A stretch of 64,000 nucleotides of DNA from assembly GCA_963737655.1 (NCBI GenBank), contig CAVTTN010000002.1, forward strand, positions 1,664,001 through 1,728,000, given 5' to 3'. This document shows positions 31,686 through 44,415 of the stretch, in pieces (position 1 is the stretch's first letter; every line of letters starts with the position of its first letter). Position numbers and translations under genes: made by a program. The notes under the pieces were generated by a model that saw only the letters and a list, made by a program, of their open reading frames with translations, was not told the origin of the DNA and made no database searches. The DNA comes from an uncultured Planctomycetota bacterium. GTDB taxonomy: Bacteria > Planctomycetota > Planctomycetia > Isosphaerales > Isosphaeraceae.

Positions 31686-32207
31686 ATGAACGCCCGACCC
31701 GCCGCCGGGGCCGCGGCCTGTTCTACACGAGGGACTCGCAGGGCCGCTCCGACATGGCCCCGCCGCAGTACGTCGCCTGGGCCCGGGCCGAGGCCGCCCG
31801 GCGACGGCTCGCCGGAGGACCTGACGGACATGAGGGCTCGGCGGGCCTCGGCCCGGGGGAGCCTGTACCTCGACTACGGCATCCCCGGCAATCAGCGGAG
31901 CCCTCCGCGCCCGGCCCCTCTCCGACCCAGGCGTCTCGCACCTGTTCGTGCCCCGTCGCGACCGGATCGCCCGGCCCGACGACCCGCTCGACGCCCTGAC
32001 GATCGAGTTCGAGCTCCGGTCGGCCGGGTTGGCGCTCGTCTTCACCAACGGCGTCGCGCCGGCCCAGGCCCCGGGGCGGCCGACGGATCCACGTCCCGGT
32101 CGGGGGAGCGATGACCTTCGGGTCGGAGCCGCCGCCGGGCCCGCTGGACGACGGCCCCACCGACCGCCCGGCGATCCGCAGGAGGATCGACGGCGGCGAG
32201 CTTCCTC
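31686..32207 (+). pseudogene. degenerate serine recombinase catalytic domain
   Basis: Across frames: LFYTRDSQGRSDMAPPQYVAWA, YLDYGIPGN, RRDRIARP, ELRSAGLALVF (Y-x-R-x-S and DRxxR motifs). Confidence 0.6.
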
Positions 32208-32208
32208 C

Positions 32209-33458
32209 TAGTAGTCCGCCAATCTTAAAGTACCGGGTATAGTCGTCGGAGCTTGATCCGTGCCTCCACCGTCGTGAATTGCCACTGGATCTCGACGCCC
32301 CGCTCGTTCCGCTCCTCTTCCCACGCCGCCACCTCCCGCTCCAGCTCCTCCCTGGTCTCGATCCGCCGGGCCAGGCACTGCCGGGCCAGTACCGACAGCT
32401 CGATCTCCGCCATGTTCAGCCAACTACCGTGCTTCGGCGTGTGGTGGATCTCCAGCTTCTCGGCGATCCGCCTCGCCTGCTCGGGCGGGAACGCCTCGTA
32501 CAGCGAGGCCAGCTTGTGCGTGTTCAGGTTGTCCATCACCAGGACCACCTTCTCGGCCTCCTCGTGTAAATCCTCGACCAGCCATCGGATCACCTCGGCG
32601 AAGTCCACCGCCGTCCGGCGGTCGGTCACCTTCACCGCACGCCATCCCAGCAGCGGCTCGGAGATCATGAACAGGTTGGCCGTCCCGTTGCGGGTGTACT
32701 CCTAGTCGAACCGCTCGGGCTGGCCAGGACCGGCCGGGATCGGCTCGATCACCTCGCCGATGAGCTGCTTGCTCGCCTCGTCGAGGCAGACCAGCGGCCG
32801 CTTCTCGTCGTAGGGCCGATGGTAGACGTCGAGCACGTCCTCCATGGCACAGACGAACTCGGCGTTCGCCTCCGGCGGGATGCACCATTGCTCCTTGAGG
32901 TGCGGCTTCAGCTCGTTTTTTTCAGAGCCAGCCGCACCGTCTCGTCGGAGATCGAGTCGACGACCTCCAGCTCGACGAGCTTGTCAGCCAGCAGTTGCAT
33001 GGTCCAGGCCGCCCGCCCCAGCGGCGGTGGCGAGCAGGCCAGGGCGATCAGGCGGGCCTCGGCCCGGCCGTCGAGCTTGATCTCCCGGGGCGGTCGCTCC
33101 CGCTGCTTGCGATCCAGGGCGGCGTCGAGGCCCAGCTCGACGAACCGCTGACGGACCCGCTCGACGGTGTCGGTGCTGACCTCCAGGGCGTCGGCGATCT
33201 GCCGGTCGGCCCAGGCGGGGCCGCCGTCGGCGGCATCGGCCTTGAGCAGGATCCGGGCATGGGCCAACTTGCGGGCGGCGGCCTGACCGGTGGCGATCAA
33301 GTCGTGGAGTTGCTGGCGTTCCTCGGCTTCGAGCGTCACCTGGTATCTCTTCACGGCAGGCCTCCTTTGGCGATAATTGCCTCAGGAGAATCGATGTAGA
33401 GATGATCCGCAACCCAAATTGGGCAGACTGCTCGACCCATGTGGTTGCCAGTCGATTA
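32209..33458 (-). mobile_element. IS630-family element, transposase orfA 32908-33354 plus orfB to 32225 (slippery A7; internal TAG at 32702-32704)
   Basis: [41 protein letters not shown] at the ends; right end approximate. Confidence 0.85.
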
Positions 33459-35294
33459 TCGGCTTGGTGGCGCGGCGAGGAGGGTCTTGATCTGGGCAGC
33501 GACCGCGGCATGGTCGCGGGGGTTGACGGACCCGACGACCTGGCCCGCCCGGTCGATCAGGAGCGTGGTGGGCCAGAGCTCGACCGAGTATCGCCGGGCC
33601 GACACCCCGCCGCCGATCCCGGAGTCGTTCGGCTTCAGGTCGGGCTCCGGATTGTCGAGCGCCACGCGGAACGGGAGGTCGCGGTCGTTCCAACTCGACC
33701 GGCGGACCGCCCCGAGCTTGACGTCGAAGGTCGCTCGCGACTGGATCGATTGGTCATGCAGGGCGACGATCGTCACCGGTTGACCGACGAACTCTTCGTG
33801 GATCTTGATCAGTTCGGGGAGCGCCCCCAGGCACGGCCCGCACCAGTATCCCCAGAAGTCGAGCACCACCACCCTCCCCCGAAAGTCGGCGAGCCGGACC
33901 GGGGCGCCGGTGTCGAGGTCCTTCGCGGCGATCTCCGGCGCGGGCTTGCCCGCCATCTGATCGTGGACCTGAGGTCTCAGCGTAAGCGCCGGGAGGATCA
34001 GCTCACCTTCACCAGGCGGGACATCCAGCCTGGTCGTGGTCTCCTCCAACACCCGCGCGGCTTCGGGGTCTTCCGATTTGATCACCATTTCATAGGAACC
34101 GGGCGGGAGGAAGGCCTCAATCCAGTCACCCGCCGGTTTGCCGCCGTCGCCCGCCTCGCGGAAGGCCGACCCGCTCGCCACGGGAATCGACGTTCCGGGC
34201 CCGATGGCGTCGGCCCTGAAGTTCAAGGTCCAACCAGTCTCCTGCTTGCCCGACGACGAGGTAACGACGTGCTCGACCGGAAACCGGACGTGTCGCGTGG
34301 GGCCAATTGTCACATCATATGACGTCCTGGGATTCCGTCGGTGAAGAACCACAAAAGCGACTTGGCGGAAAGCGGCGTCCGCGAAGCAGAGCGCTTGTGG
34401 GAACAGGCGAAGCTCGCCGGCCTTGGAGATCCCTCGCGCGAAGGCCCTCACCGGCAGGTCGAGCACGAATCGCCCATCAAGGTCGGTTGTGAGATCGGCG
34501 GTAGTTTTCGAGTAAGGGAGCAGGGTGAACCGACGCCGGGCCGCGGGATCGTCGGCCATGTCATCCGTCGCGATCAAGCGACCGATCCGGAGGCCGACCA
34601 CCGGTCGCCCGGCGGGATCGATCACTCGACCGCGAACCGGCTCGCGGATCGGCACGATGATCCGGGGTGGTTCGTCGGTTGTGCCCATCGCGGTGACGCT
34701 GGTCTGGACCGACCCAGGGCGCCAGGCGGTGATGACGTAAACTTTCCCCGGCGGGTTGGACACGCGGCAGAGCCCGTTCGCGTCGGTCCGGAGGTGTGCC
34801 CACTCCCTGATCCCCGACATCTGCTGGATGACCTCGCCATCCGTGACAGGTCGGTCCGCCGCGTCGACGAGTTGATACTCGGTCTCCCGCCACGCTTCGG
34901 CCCTCAGGCGGACGTCGCAGGTCAGTGGGCCCGCCCCGGGCGGGGTAGCCACGACACCCGACTCGGCTCGATACCCGGGAGCCAACACCTCGAAGCGCAG
35001 CGGGCCGGAGGCTCGCGCCGTGATCATTTCATCGCCGACGAGCGATTGCTGGACTGTGTCGACTAGTTCAATCCGATAACGACCGTCTGCATCGAGCGGG
35101 GTCGACCAAGCTTCGGGGGAGGGCTGGGCACGGCCATCGGGCCGGAAAAAGATCCGCCCCGCTTGCGGTACTTGCCCGTCACCCGCGACGCAGCGACCGG
35201 CGATGATTCGTCGGGTTCCCGACTGCGGCGGGTCATCGGCCCCCAGGTGGGGCAACATCGACCAGATGGCTAGGAGTAGCCAAGCACGCGGCAT
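33456..35294 (-). CDS. secreted TlpA/redoxin-domain protein with N-terminal carboxypeptidase-regulatory-like beta domains
   Basis: Signal peptide; GRVIDPAGRPVVG; C-terminal VVVLDFWGYWCGPC...WPTTLLID. Confidence 0.85.
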   Translation of the reverse strand: MPRAWLLLAIWSMLPHLGADDPPQSGTRRIIAGRCVAGDGQVPQAGRIFFRPDGRAQPSPEAWSTPLDADGRYRIELVDTVQQSLVGDEMITARASGPLRFEVLAPGYRAESGVVATPPGAGPLTCDVRLRAEAWRETEYQLVDAADRPVTDGEVIQQMSGIREWAHLRTDANGLCRVSNPPGKVYVITAWRPGSVQTSVTAMGTTDEPPRIIVPIREPVRGRVIDPAGRPVVGLRIGRLIATDDMADDPAARRRFTLLPYSKTTADLTTDLDGRFVLDLPVRAFARGISKAGELRLFPQALCFADAAFRQVAFVVLHRRNPRTSYDVTIGPTRHVRFPVEHVVTSSSGKQETGWTLNFRADAIGPGTSIPVASGSAFREAGDGGKPAGDWIEAFLPPGSYEMVIKSEDPEAARVLEETTTRLDVPPGEGELILPALTLRPQVHDQMAGKPAPEIAAKDLDTGAPVRLADFRGRVVVLDFWGYWCGPCLGALPELIKIHEEFVGQPVTIVALHDQSIQSRATFDVKLGAVRRSSWNDRDLPFRVALDNPEPDLKPNDSGIGGGVSARRYSVELWPTTLLIDRAGQVVGSVNPRDHAAVAAQIKTLLAAPPSR

Positions 35295-35414
35295 GTGTCC
35301 ACCTCGAAGGCCCGAGCCAGGAAGTCTCGATCACCAAGAAGTGTACCAATCTTGGGATGCGAGATGCCACTTAAACCACAGAATTCTATCCGCAAAATAA
35401 GGTTGGTGGGCCAC

Positions 35415-36603
35415 TAGTGGTCTACCGCTGTAAAGGTTGTGGGTAGAGATGGGCGAGTTTCCGACGGGCGTCGGCCACACGGAAGCTCCACTCCAGCCTT
35501 ACCCCGAGCCGATTCCGCTCCGTCTGCCACGTATCGACCTCCCTCGTCACGGACTCCTTGTCGGGCAGGCGGCGGTCGAGGCACTGCCGGGAGAGCACCG
35601 ACAGCTCGCACTCCGCCATGTTCAGCCAGCTGGCGTGCTTGGGCGTGAAGTGGAACTCCAGGCGACGGGCCAGCCGCCACGCCTCATCCGGCGGATAGGT
35701 GGCGAAGAGCGACCCGAGCGCATGAGTGTTCAAGTTGTCCAGCACTACCCGGATCACGTCCGCCTCCGGATACAACTCGTCGCAGAGGTGGCGCATCTGG
35801 GCGGCGAAGTCGGGGATCGCCCGGCGGTCCGTCACCGTGACATGACGCCGGCCAGCCAGGGGCTCGACGATCACGAACAGGTTGGCCGTGCCATGGCGGG
35901 TGTATTCGTAATCCTGCTTGGCTGGCGAGCCCGGCCGAGGCGGGATCGGCTCGGCGACATCGCCCCGCAGCTCCTTGCTCGCCTCGTCGAAGCAGACCAC
36001 CGGCCGGGCCGAGTCGTGGGCCTCGGCATACAGCTCGAGCACGTCCTCCATGCGATGGATGAACTCCCCATCTACGCCCTTCGGCAGGCACCACGACTTC
36101 TTCTGCCACGGCTTGAGCTCGCTTTTTTTAGGACCCGCAGGATCGTGTCCTCGGAGACCGATTCGACAACCTGGAGCTCGACCAGGCGGTTGGCCAGCAT
36201 GCGTGCGGTCCAGGTGGCCCGCCCCTCAGGCACCGGGCTGCATGCCATGGCGATGACGATCGCCTCGGCCTTGCCGTCGAGGAGGGGCTTGGCCCCGGGG
36301 CGTGGCCTCTCGTGGATCGCGGCGCCGAGCCCGCCGGCGGCGAACCGACGCCGGACGTTGGCGACGGTCCCGAGGGAGACACCGACCCCCTCGACGATCT
36401 CCTCGTCGGTCTCGCCGGCATCGGTCCGGAGGAGGATCTGCGCCCGATTCCGCTGACGACGGGTCAGGGGACCGGCCTCCCACCGATCGAGCTCCATCCT
36501 CTGGTCATCTGTCAACTGAACCGCATGTCGCTTCGGCATGATCGGCCTCCTATGAGGCCATCTTACCGGAATGACCGTCAATCTCTACAGCGGGCAACCA
36601 CTA
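35415..36603 (-). mobile_element. IS630-family element, apparently intact (orfA 36072-36539, programmed frameshift, orfB ends 35422)
   Basis: IRs TAGTGGTCTACCGCTGTA / TACAGCGGGCAACCACTA, CTAG at both ends; FDEASKEL, LDNLNTH, PKHASWLNMAECE. Confidence 0.9.
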
Positions 36604-36604
36604 G

Positions 36605-36867
36605 TCCTCGCCGCCGTTATCGTGACCTCCAGCCCTCCGGTAGCGTCGCTCTGGAGAAATCCGCGGCTTGGCATCCGGTTCTGGATGGCCGTCGGGGACC
36701 TGGGCAGGGCGCTTGCGATGGCGTCCTTCGTCGGTTGCCTCGTGCTCGCCATCGCGTGTCTGCCACTCTCCGGGAGCAAGGCGGGGCGCATTGGTCTGTA
36801 CGCCTGGCTCAACGTCGCTACCCTGGTGCTCTCGATGTTCGTTCCAGCGGTCGCCGCGCGCTGGTAA
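36605..36867 (+). pseudogene. membrane protein fragment truncated by IS630
   Basis: Hydrophobic open frame starting at the IS end. Confidence 0.4.
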
Positions 36868-36868
36868 A

Positions 36869-37050
36869 GCGGGGAAAGGGGACGTTCTTGCTCTGGAGAA
36901 AACCCCATGGAGAATGAGGAAACGAGTAGGTCCGACTTCAGTCGGGCCTACGAAAAAAAGGATTCCTGGAGGCCCGCCTGAAGTCGGACCTACTCCTATC
37001 GATCCTTCGTAGGGGTTTTCTCCAGAGCAAGAACGTCCCCTTTTCCCCGC
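36869..37050. repeat. REPIN-like nested palindrome containing paired GTAGGTCCGACTTCAGTCGGG REPs
   Basis: Outer IR GCGGGGAAAGGGGACGTTCTTGCTCTGGAGAAAACCC; inner REP pair. Confidence 0.8.
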
Positions 37051-37091
37051 GCCAGACGGCTCTTCTGGCGTTACTTTGTCCCGATAGGCAA

Positions 37092-37678
37092 ATGAAACGA
37101 TCTATTGCGCTTTTCGTCATCGCCGCCTCGACCTTGCTTCCTTGCGGCATCGCCCAGGGGCCTTTCGGTCCCGGATCGGACTCGGATCGCGACTATTCGG
37201 CGCTCGAGGCGGCACTTGGAGATATTCTTTCCTTGGACGGTTCGCCACTTCGGCCCCCTGACCCAGCCAGGAGGCATCTCTTCTTCTCTCCGGAGGCCCT
37301 CAGCGGGCGCCCCAAGGTCGAATTCCTCCCCGACGATGCGGGGCGATGGGGCGAATTGACCCCGGCCCAACTCAAGCTCGCAACGGAGGCAGCCGAGGAC
37401 CTGGCGACGCGACCTCGGATCGACGATCCTTCAAGGGCTTTGAGCCGAAAAACGAGCGGATCACGATCAGGGGCAAGAATCGAAAGGTTGAAGGGCGCCC
37501 ATCCCGTCTGACTCAAGTCTTCGGCGCGCACCCGACCGGTTATTCTCCGAAACGGCGGCTTGCCGTCATTCGCTTGCACTTCACGTGGAGCAAACACAGT
37601 GGCGAGGGGACTTACGTCTTGGAGAAACAGCGTGGCGAGTGGATCGTTCTTGGACGAAGCTTCTCCTATTTTTTCTAG
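37092..37678 (+). CDS. secreted hypothetical protein (frameshift near 37430)
   Basis: Signal peptide; two overlapping frames join into one plausible protein. Confidence 0.5.
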
Positions 37679-38266
37679 GAGGTCCCGGGACAGAGGTTTG
37701 GGGAACCCGCCGCCTCCTTGTGGACCTTGCACCGGCCTGGGTCGTCGAAGATTGATGGCGTGTTCGAGTCGTTGAACGTTCGCGAATGAAGCCCCTGGCC
37801 CTTCGTTCGTCGGGGGTGAACTCCTTGCGGCCTCGACGCCGGCCCGGGGCTGGCGCCTGCCCTCCGTTTTCACTCGACATGAACATGACCATGCACGTCG
37901 ATGGCGGCGGGGTGACGATGGGCGACGAGGAGCGAGGCGCGGCGGGCCGAAATCTCCCGGGATTTTCGGTTGACCTGGGCCGGAGCGCGTCCTTATGATG
38001 ACGATCGCCTCGCACGAGTCGAAATCTCCGGGCTCCTCGGACCCGACCATGCCCCTCGATCCCCGAATCCTCCCGGGCCTCCGACTTTTCCTGGCCCTCG
38101 GCCTTCCCGGCCGATGGAGGTCCTAGGGTTCGTCTTTCTCCGAGCGCCTCGCGCGAGACTCACGAAGCCCCGAGACCCCCTTCCGGCGGATCTCGGGGCT
38201 TCTTTCGTCTCGACCCCAAGCCCTCCGCCGGTCCTCTCCTTTTCCGACAAGGATTGAAGGCGAATC

Positions 38267-39838
<1,572 letters not shown>

Positions 39839-39842
39839 TGTC

Positions 39843-40139
39843 TTGGGAGAGATCCTCAAGAGGCTCGGGACGTCCCGGGAATCGGCGGCACGCCTGGGGC
39901 GAAAGGCGGAGGAAGCCGAGGCGGCCCTGGGAATCCACGGCGTTTCCGTGACGGCCGGAGCGGCGATCGGACCGGCCTCCGAGGCATCCAGGGACGAGGT
40001 CGAGAAGAGCTTCCCGATCCACGAGACCCCCTCCCGGGCCGATCCGCTCCACCGGACGATCGAATTGCCGAGACCGATGACTCAGGAGGCCGCCGATCTG
40101 TTCAACGAACTCTTTGGTCGGGGAGGGCCATCGCGATGA
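39843..40139 (+). CDS. small hypothetical protein (possible orphan toxin tip)
   Basis: Open frame GIHGVSVTA...DPLHRTIELP; start uncertain; stop overlaps the next ATG. Confidence 0.45.
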   Translation: MGEILKRLGTSRESAARLGRKAEEAEAALGIHGVSVTAGAAIGPASEASRDEVEKSFPIHETPSRADPLHRTIELPRPMTQEAADLFNELFGRGGPSR

Positions 40140-40618
40140 AGGACGAGAACGCGAACGGCGAGGCCGGGCCCGGGAGGGCCTTCGATCGGGTCATCGCCCT
40201 GGATTGGTACGACGGCCCGCGTTCCGGGCTGGCGTCTCGTTCGGGTTCGGAGTATCGATTCGACCTGCTCGATGAGACGACCGACGATCCCTCGGGGCGA
40301 GACGTGCGGATCTTCTCCCTGTCTCCGCTCCCGCCGGGTTCCATCGATCGGTTCGCGGCGGCCGTGTCTCGGTTCGACGAGCCTCGCCTGCCGGTCTGGG
40401 TCCCCTCCTGGCTCTTCCCCGCCGAGGCCGATCGGGCGGCGATGGATGCGATGGCCGACGAGATCCTCCGCTCGGCCGGGCCCCCGGTCCAGGCCGTCGC
40501 CTCGACCGACTTCGATCGAGAGTCCCTCGCCGCGATCGATCTCTCGGGCATCGACCCGGCCTCGGTCGAGGACTGGTTCGTCCTTCTCGGGATCGAGCGC
40601 GTTCATGTCGGTTCCTGA
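40136..40618 (+). CDS. acidic hypothetical protein (possible immunity protein)
   Basis: ATGA overlap with the upstream ORF; DWYDGP motif. Confidence 0.6.
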   Translation: MKDENANGEAGPGRAFDRVIALDWYDGPRSGLASRSGSEYRFDLLDETTDDPSGRDVRIFSLSPLPPGSIDRFAAAVSRFDEPRLPVWVPSWLFPAEADRAAMDAMADEILRSAGPPVQAVASTDFDRESLAAIDLSGIDPASVEDWFVLLGIERVHVGS

Positions 40619-41537
40619 GCGAGACGCGCGGGAGGTCCGCCCGCGTGACCGGCGTCGCCTGAGCCGATGGCTTCGGGTCGCGGCGGTCGTGGTCGTGGCC
40701 TGGCTCGTGGCTTCGTGGGCGGTCGCGTATCGCTTGACGCGCCGCCCTCGGTCCGTGTTCGCCGAGGCGGTCCCTGCGGTCGCCTGGGCGGAGTTCGAGG
40801 GGCTCCGGCTCTCGACCCGTGATGGGGAAGAGGTCGGCGGTTGGTATTCACCCGGGAAGGCCGGGACGGCGGCGGTCCTCCTGCTTCATGGCAATGGCGG
40901 GAGTCGGTGGAATTGCCTGAGGAGGGCGGAAGTCCTGGCGAAACGCGGTCATCCGGTCCTGATGATCTCGCTCCGGGCCCACGGCGATTCCTCGGGCGAT
41001 TATCACGACATCGGCTACGGGGCGCGTCATGACGTGGTGGCCGCCGTCGAGTTCCTCGAACGGCGGAGGCCCGGGTCGCCGATCGTTGTCGTGGGGACGT
41101 CGATGGGCGGGGCCTCGGCGTTGTTCGCGGCGGGGGAGCTGGGCCGGAGGGTCCGCGGTTACGTCCTGGAGAGCCCGTATCGCGACCTGAGAACGGCGGT
41201 CTGGAACCGCGTGAATAACGCCCTGCCGATCGGGCTGGACTGGGTCGCCTATCGAGGGCTGATCGCCGTTTCGCCGCTGGTCCTGCCTCACCTGGACCGG
41301 ATCGCCCCGGTCGATGCGATCAAGGGCGTCCCGGACGACGTGCCGATCCTGATCCTCGCCGGAGACGCGGACCGGAAGGCGCGCCCCGACGAGGCCCGCG
41401 ACCTGTTCGATCGCGCCCGGTCTCATGCCGAGCTGACGATCTTCGCCGGGGCGGGGCACCTGGGGATGATGGAGACGGACCCGGAGCGGTACTGGAAGGC
41501 CGTCTTCGGCCTGATCGCTCGGGCGGCGACGCAATGA
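40605..41537 (+). CDS. alpha/beta hydrolase with N-terminal TM
   Basis: LLHGNGG, GTSMGG nucleophile elbow, GAGH. Confidence 0.9.
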   Translation: MSVPERDAREVRPRDRRRLSRWLRVAAVVVVAWLVASWAVAYRLTRRPRSVFAEAVPAVAWAEFEGLRLSTRDGEEVGGWYSPGKAGTAAVLLLHGNGGSRWNCLRRAEVLAKRGHPVLMISLRAHGDSSGDYHDIGYGARHDVVAAVEFLERRRPGSPIVVVGTSMGGASALFAAGELGRRVRGYVLESPYRDLRTAVWNRVNNALPIGLDWVAYRGLIAVSPLVLPHLDRIAPVDAIKGVPDDVPILILAGDADRKARPDEARDLFDRARSHAELTIFAGAGHLGMMETDPERYWKAVFGLIARAATQ

Positions 41538-41577
41538 GGCCGGGAGATGGCTCCCCCGGCCTCGGTCGAGCTCGACC

Positions 41578-43107
41578 TCATCTCACTTCGGCTTCCGGCC
41601 CTCCCCCTCCCGGGGATTGGCGTGGGGCGGTCGGTTCTCGAGGTGCTGATTGGGGTGGAACTCGGGCGTGGGGACGTGCCGGAGGGACTCGGCGCTCCGG
41701 CCCGGCGGGCGGATTTCTCGGTTGACTTCGGGGTGGCGCGGGGCCTCCGGCGCCGCGACGCGGTTGGGGCCTTCGCGGCGGGCGGCGATGATCGGCGACC
41801 GGGCCATCTCGGCTCGCCTGGGTTCGGTCAGGGCCGCTCGGTTGCCCTGGAGGCCCTGGGCCTCTCGCTTCAGCCTCTCGTCGCGGAACTGGTTGAACTG
41901 GGTCGCCTGGCGGGCGAGTTCCTGCCGACGGTTCTGCTCGACCCTCTGGAGCCTCAGCGCAGTTCTCTCCGGCGTTGTTCCCGCCGTTGAAGGCGTTCAG
42001 GCGACGGGCCAGGACCATGTTCGACGCCGCCAGGGCCGCCGGGGCGTTGTTCCCGGCGGGCCGGGCCGCGAGGTTCCTCATCGCCGCGAACGTCCGGGGG
42101 GGCCGGGCTTCGGGATGATCGCGTCGGTAGGTGTAGACCTGATGGAGGTTCTGCGCCCAGTTCGGGTTGTTGATGTTCCTGGCCGCGTTATAGGCGTAGA
42201 TCGGGTCATACCCGTACCGGCTGTTGTGGAAGGCGTAGAACGGGTAGATCCCCGAGCCGAAGTTGTTCGCGCCGTAGTAGTCGCCAAAATAGTACGACCC
42301 GTAGTTGGGCCTCACGAACAGGCTGGAGAGCAACGCCGAGCCGAGGAGGGCCGTCGTCGGCGAGTACTGGAAGCCGGGCTGGTTGTAGATCGGCTGGTTG
42401 AACGCGACCGGGGCGAACGGCAGCCCTCGGTTGGCCAGCGGATAATCCCAGAACCCCTGATTGTAAAGATAGCCGTTGGGGGTCCAGGAATAGGAGGCGG
42501 GGGTCCACATCCAGTTCTGCTGGGGCTGGACCCAGAACCCGGGCCTCCAGAGGTACTGGCCGTCCTGCCAGACCCACAGGCCGGGCGACCACGTCGCGTT
42601 GGGCGTCGGCGCCGCGGAGGTCGGGCCGTTCTCCTGGCTGGGCGGAGGCTCGGGGAGGTACTGGAGCTGCTGGGCCCCTTCGGCGGAGGCCCAGTAGCCC
42701 GGCACCCACTGATAGCCGTTCTGGGCCTGGGCATAGTAGCCGGGCACCCACTGGCGGCCCGGGGGGATGTCTCGCCAGACCCCGGGGATCCAGATGTAAT
42801 GGCTCGTGGAGTCGTCCCACGACCAGTACCCCGGAATCCACTGGACGTCCGCCCCCTCGGGCCTCTGGTCGGGCGGGATTTCGTGGATCGCCGCCGGGGG
42901 GGCCTGGGGGATCACGGGCCCGCCCCTCGGGTCATACAACACGGGCTCGGCGAACGCCTCGTGGATCGGCCCCTGGGTGAGGACCTCCGCCCCCTCGGGC
43001 TCTTCCAGGGCCGGGCCTTGATAGGCCCGGGCCGGGGCCGCGCCGAAGGTGATCCCGCCCAGGACGGCCAGCGAGCCCGCCGCCGTCCACCATCTCCGTC
43101 GATTCAT
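41578..43107 (-). CDS. WXXGXW-repeat secreted protein (probable frameshift near 41960)
   Basis: WIPGYW, WIPGVW, WVPGYY, WVPGYW, WSPGLW, WRPGFW repeats. Confidence 0.85.
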   Translation of the reverse strand: MNRRRWWTAAGSLAVLGGITFGAAPARAYQGPALEEPEGAEVLTQGPIHEAFAEPVLYDPRGGPVIPQAPPAAIHEIPPDQRPEGADVQWIPGYWSWDDSTSHYIWIPGVWRDIPPGRQWVPGYYAQAQNGYQWVPGYWASAEGAQQLQYLPEPPPSQENGPTSAAPTPNATWSPGLWVWQDGQYLWRPGFWVQPQQNWMWTPASYSWTPNGYLYNQGFWDYPLANRGLPFAPVAFNQPIYNQPGFQYSPTTALLGSALLSSLFVRPNYGSYYFGDYYGANNFGSGIYPFYAFHNSRYGYDPIYAYNAARNINNPNWAQNLHQVYTYRRDHPEARPPRTFAAMRNLAARPAGNNAPAALAASNMVLARRLNAFNGGNNAGENCAEAPEGRAEPSAGTRPPGDPVQPVPRREAEARGPGPPGQPSGPDRTQASRDGPVADHRRPPRRPQPRRGAGGPAPPRSQPRNPPAGPERRVPPARPHARVPPQSAPREPTAPRQSPGGGGPEAEVR

Positions 43108-43230
43108 GAGATCTCGCTCCCTGCCGAGGTCCGCCGCGAAGGGCCATCCCGGAGGCCGCCTCGCCGGCCCTCGGGTCCATCAGCCCGATTCGCAAATCCT
43201 GGGCCTCGGACGAGCCGGAGCGGCAGGGCC

Positions 43231-44043
43231 TCACCGACCGGCCTGGCCCCAGGCCGCCTGATCGACGATCCACGTCGTCTTCGAGGCCACGGTCTGGAGC
43301 AGGGATGCGGGGACATCCGCCGAGATCGGGCCGTCCACGGCCCTGGCGACGGCCTCGGCCTTGGACCGGCCGAAGGCGAGGATCAGGATCTCCCGGGCCG
43401 CGAGGATCGTGGCGACTCCCATCGTCAACGCATGCTTCGGCACGAGCTCGGGGTCGCCGCCGAAGTCCCGGGAGGCGTCCTCGGTGGTGATCGGGTGGAG
43501 GGGGACGAGGCGGGTCCTCAGCGACAGGGCGGCCTCGACGGGCAAATCGCTCGGCTCGTTGAACCCGATGTGCCCGTTCCGGCCGATCCCGAGGAGCTGG
43601 AGGTCGAGCCCGCCGTCGGCGGCGATCCACCGCTCGAACTCGGCGCAATGGTCGGCCACGGCGAACTCGGGCACGGTGCCATCGAGGACGTGCGACCGGT
43701 TCGGGGGCAAATCCACGTGGCTGAACAGGTGCCGATGCATGAAGGTCCGGTAGCTGTTGGGGTCTCGGGGGCTGATCGGGTAATATTCGTCGAGGTTATA
43801 GGTCGTCACGCCATTGAACTTCAAGTCGCCGTCGCGATGGCGGGCGACCAGCCGGGCATAGACCGGGATCGGCGTCGATCCGGTGGCCAATCCCAAAACG
43901 GCCTTCCCCCGGCGGGCCCCGGCGGAGTCCACGGCCGACCGGATGAGGTCCGAGGCGGCCCGGGAGGCGGCATCGAGGTCCCCCTCGGCGAAGATCAGGA
44001 CGGAACCGGCCCGGGTCATCCGGGAGGCGAGCGGAGCGGGCAT
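43231..44043 (-). CDS. nagB: glucosamine-6-phosphate deaminase
   Basis: LGLATGSTP, NLDEY, LGIGRNGHIGFNEP, LTMGVATI. Confidence 0.92.
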   Translation of the reverse strand: MPAPLASRMTRAGSVLIFAEGDLDAASRAASDLIRSAVDSAGARRGKAVLGLATGSTPIPVYARLVARHRDGDLKFNGVTTYNLDEYYPISPRDPNSYRTFMHRHLFSHVDLPPNRSHVLDGTVPEFAVADHCAEFERWIAADGGLDLQLLGIGRNGHIGFNEPSDLPVEAALSLRTRLVPLHPITTEDASRDFGGDPELVPKHALTMGVATILAAREILILAFGRSKAEAVARAVDGPISADVPASLLQTVASKTTWIVDQAAWGQAGR

Positions 44044-44415
44044 GGCGACGAAATCCCCGGCGGAAGAAGGCTCGGACCCGGACTGTACCCGGTCCCCCGA
44101 GACCGACGCAACGCCGGGGCGAATCCGCTAGGGGCGGGAGGCCATCGTGCCGCATCGGCCGGTCGTTCGACGGCTCGCCCTCTCGAGTGTGGTCCGCCGA
44201 GGGCCGGCGGACAAGGGACGTGCCGGATGCTCCGGCCTCGGAGGGCTTCGGATTGGCCCGGCCCGGGAGGCCCGGAGATCGTCTCGCCGGCGCGCCGTCT
44301 GGCAATCCGCGTCCCCTCGGGCTTACACTGAGGGCGGGGGACCGGGCGCGTTCCCCTCGTGGATGGATGAGACGAGTCCCGGGCGCCCCGGGTTCTGGCG
44401 AGGGATCGATCGACG

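Noticed and set aside
32209..36603. Composite transposon of two IS630 elements around the redoxin gene
   Set aside because: The two elements are divergent with different IRs, and one has an internal stop; independent insertions are more likely.
41650..44331. 893-aa plus-strand ORF and similar long shadow ORFs
   Set aside because: Antisense to clear genes (WXXGXW protein, nagB); typical of high-GC DNA.
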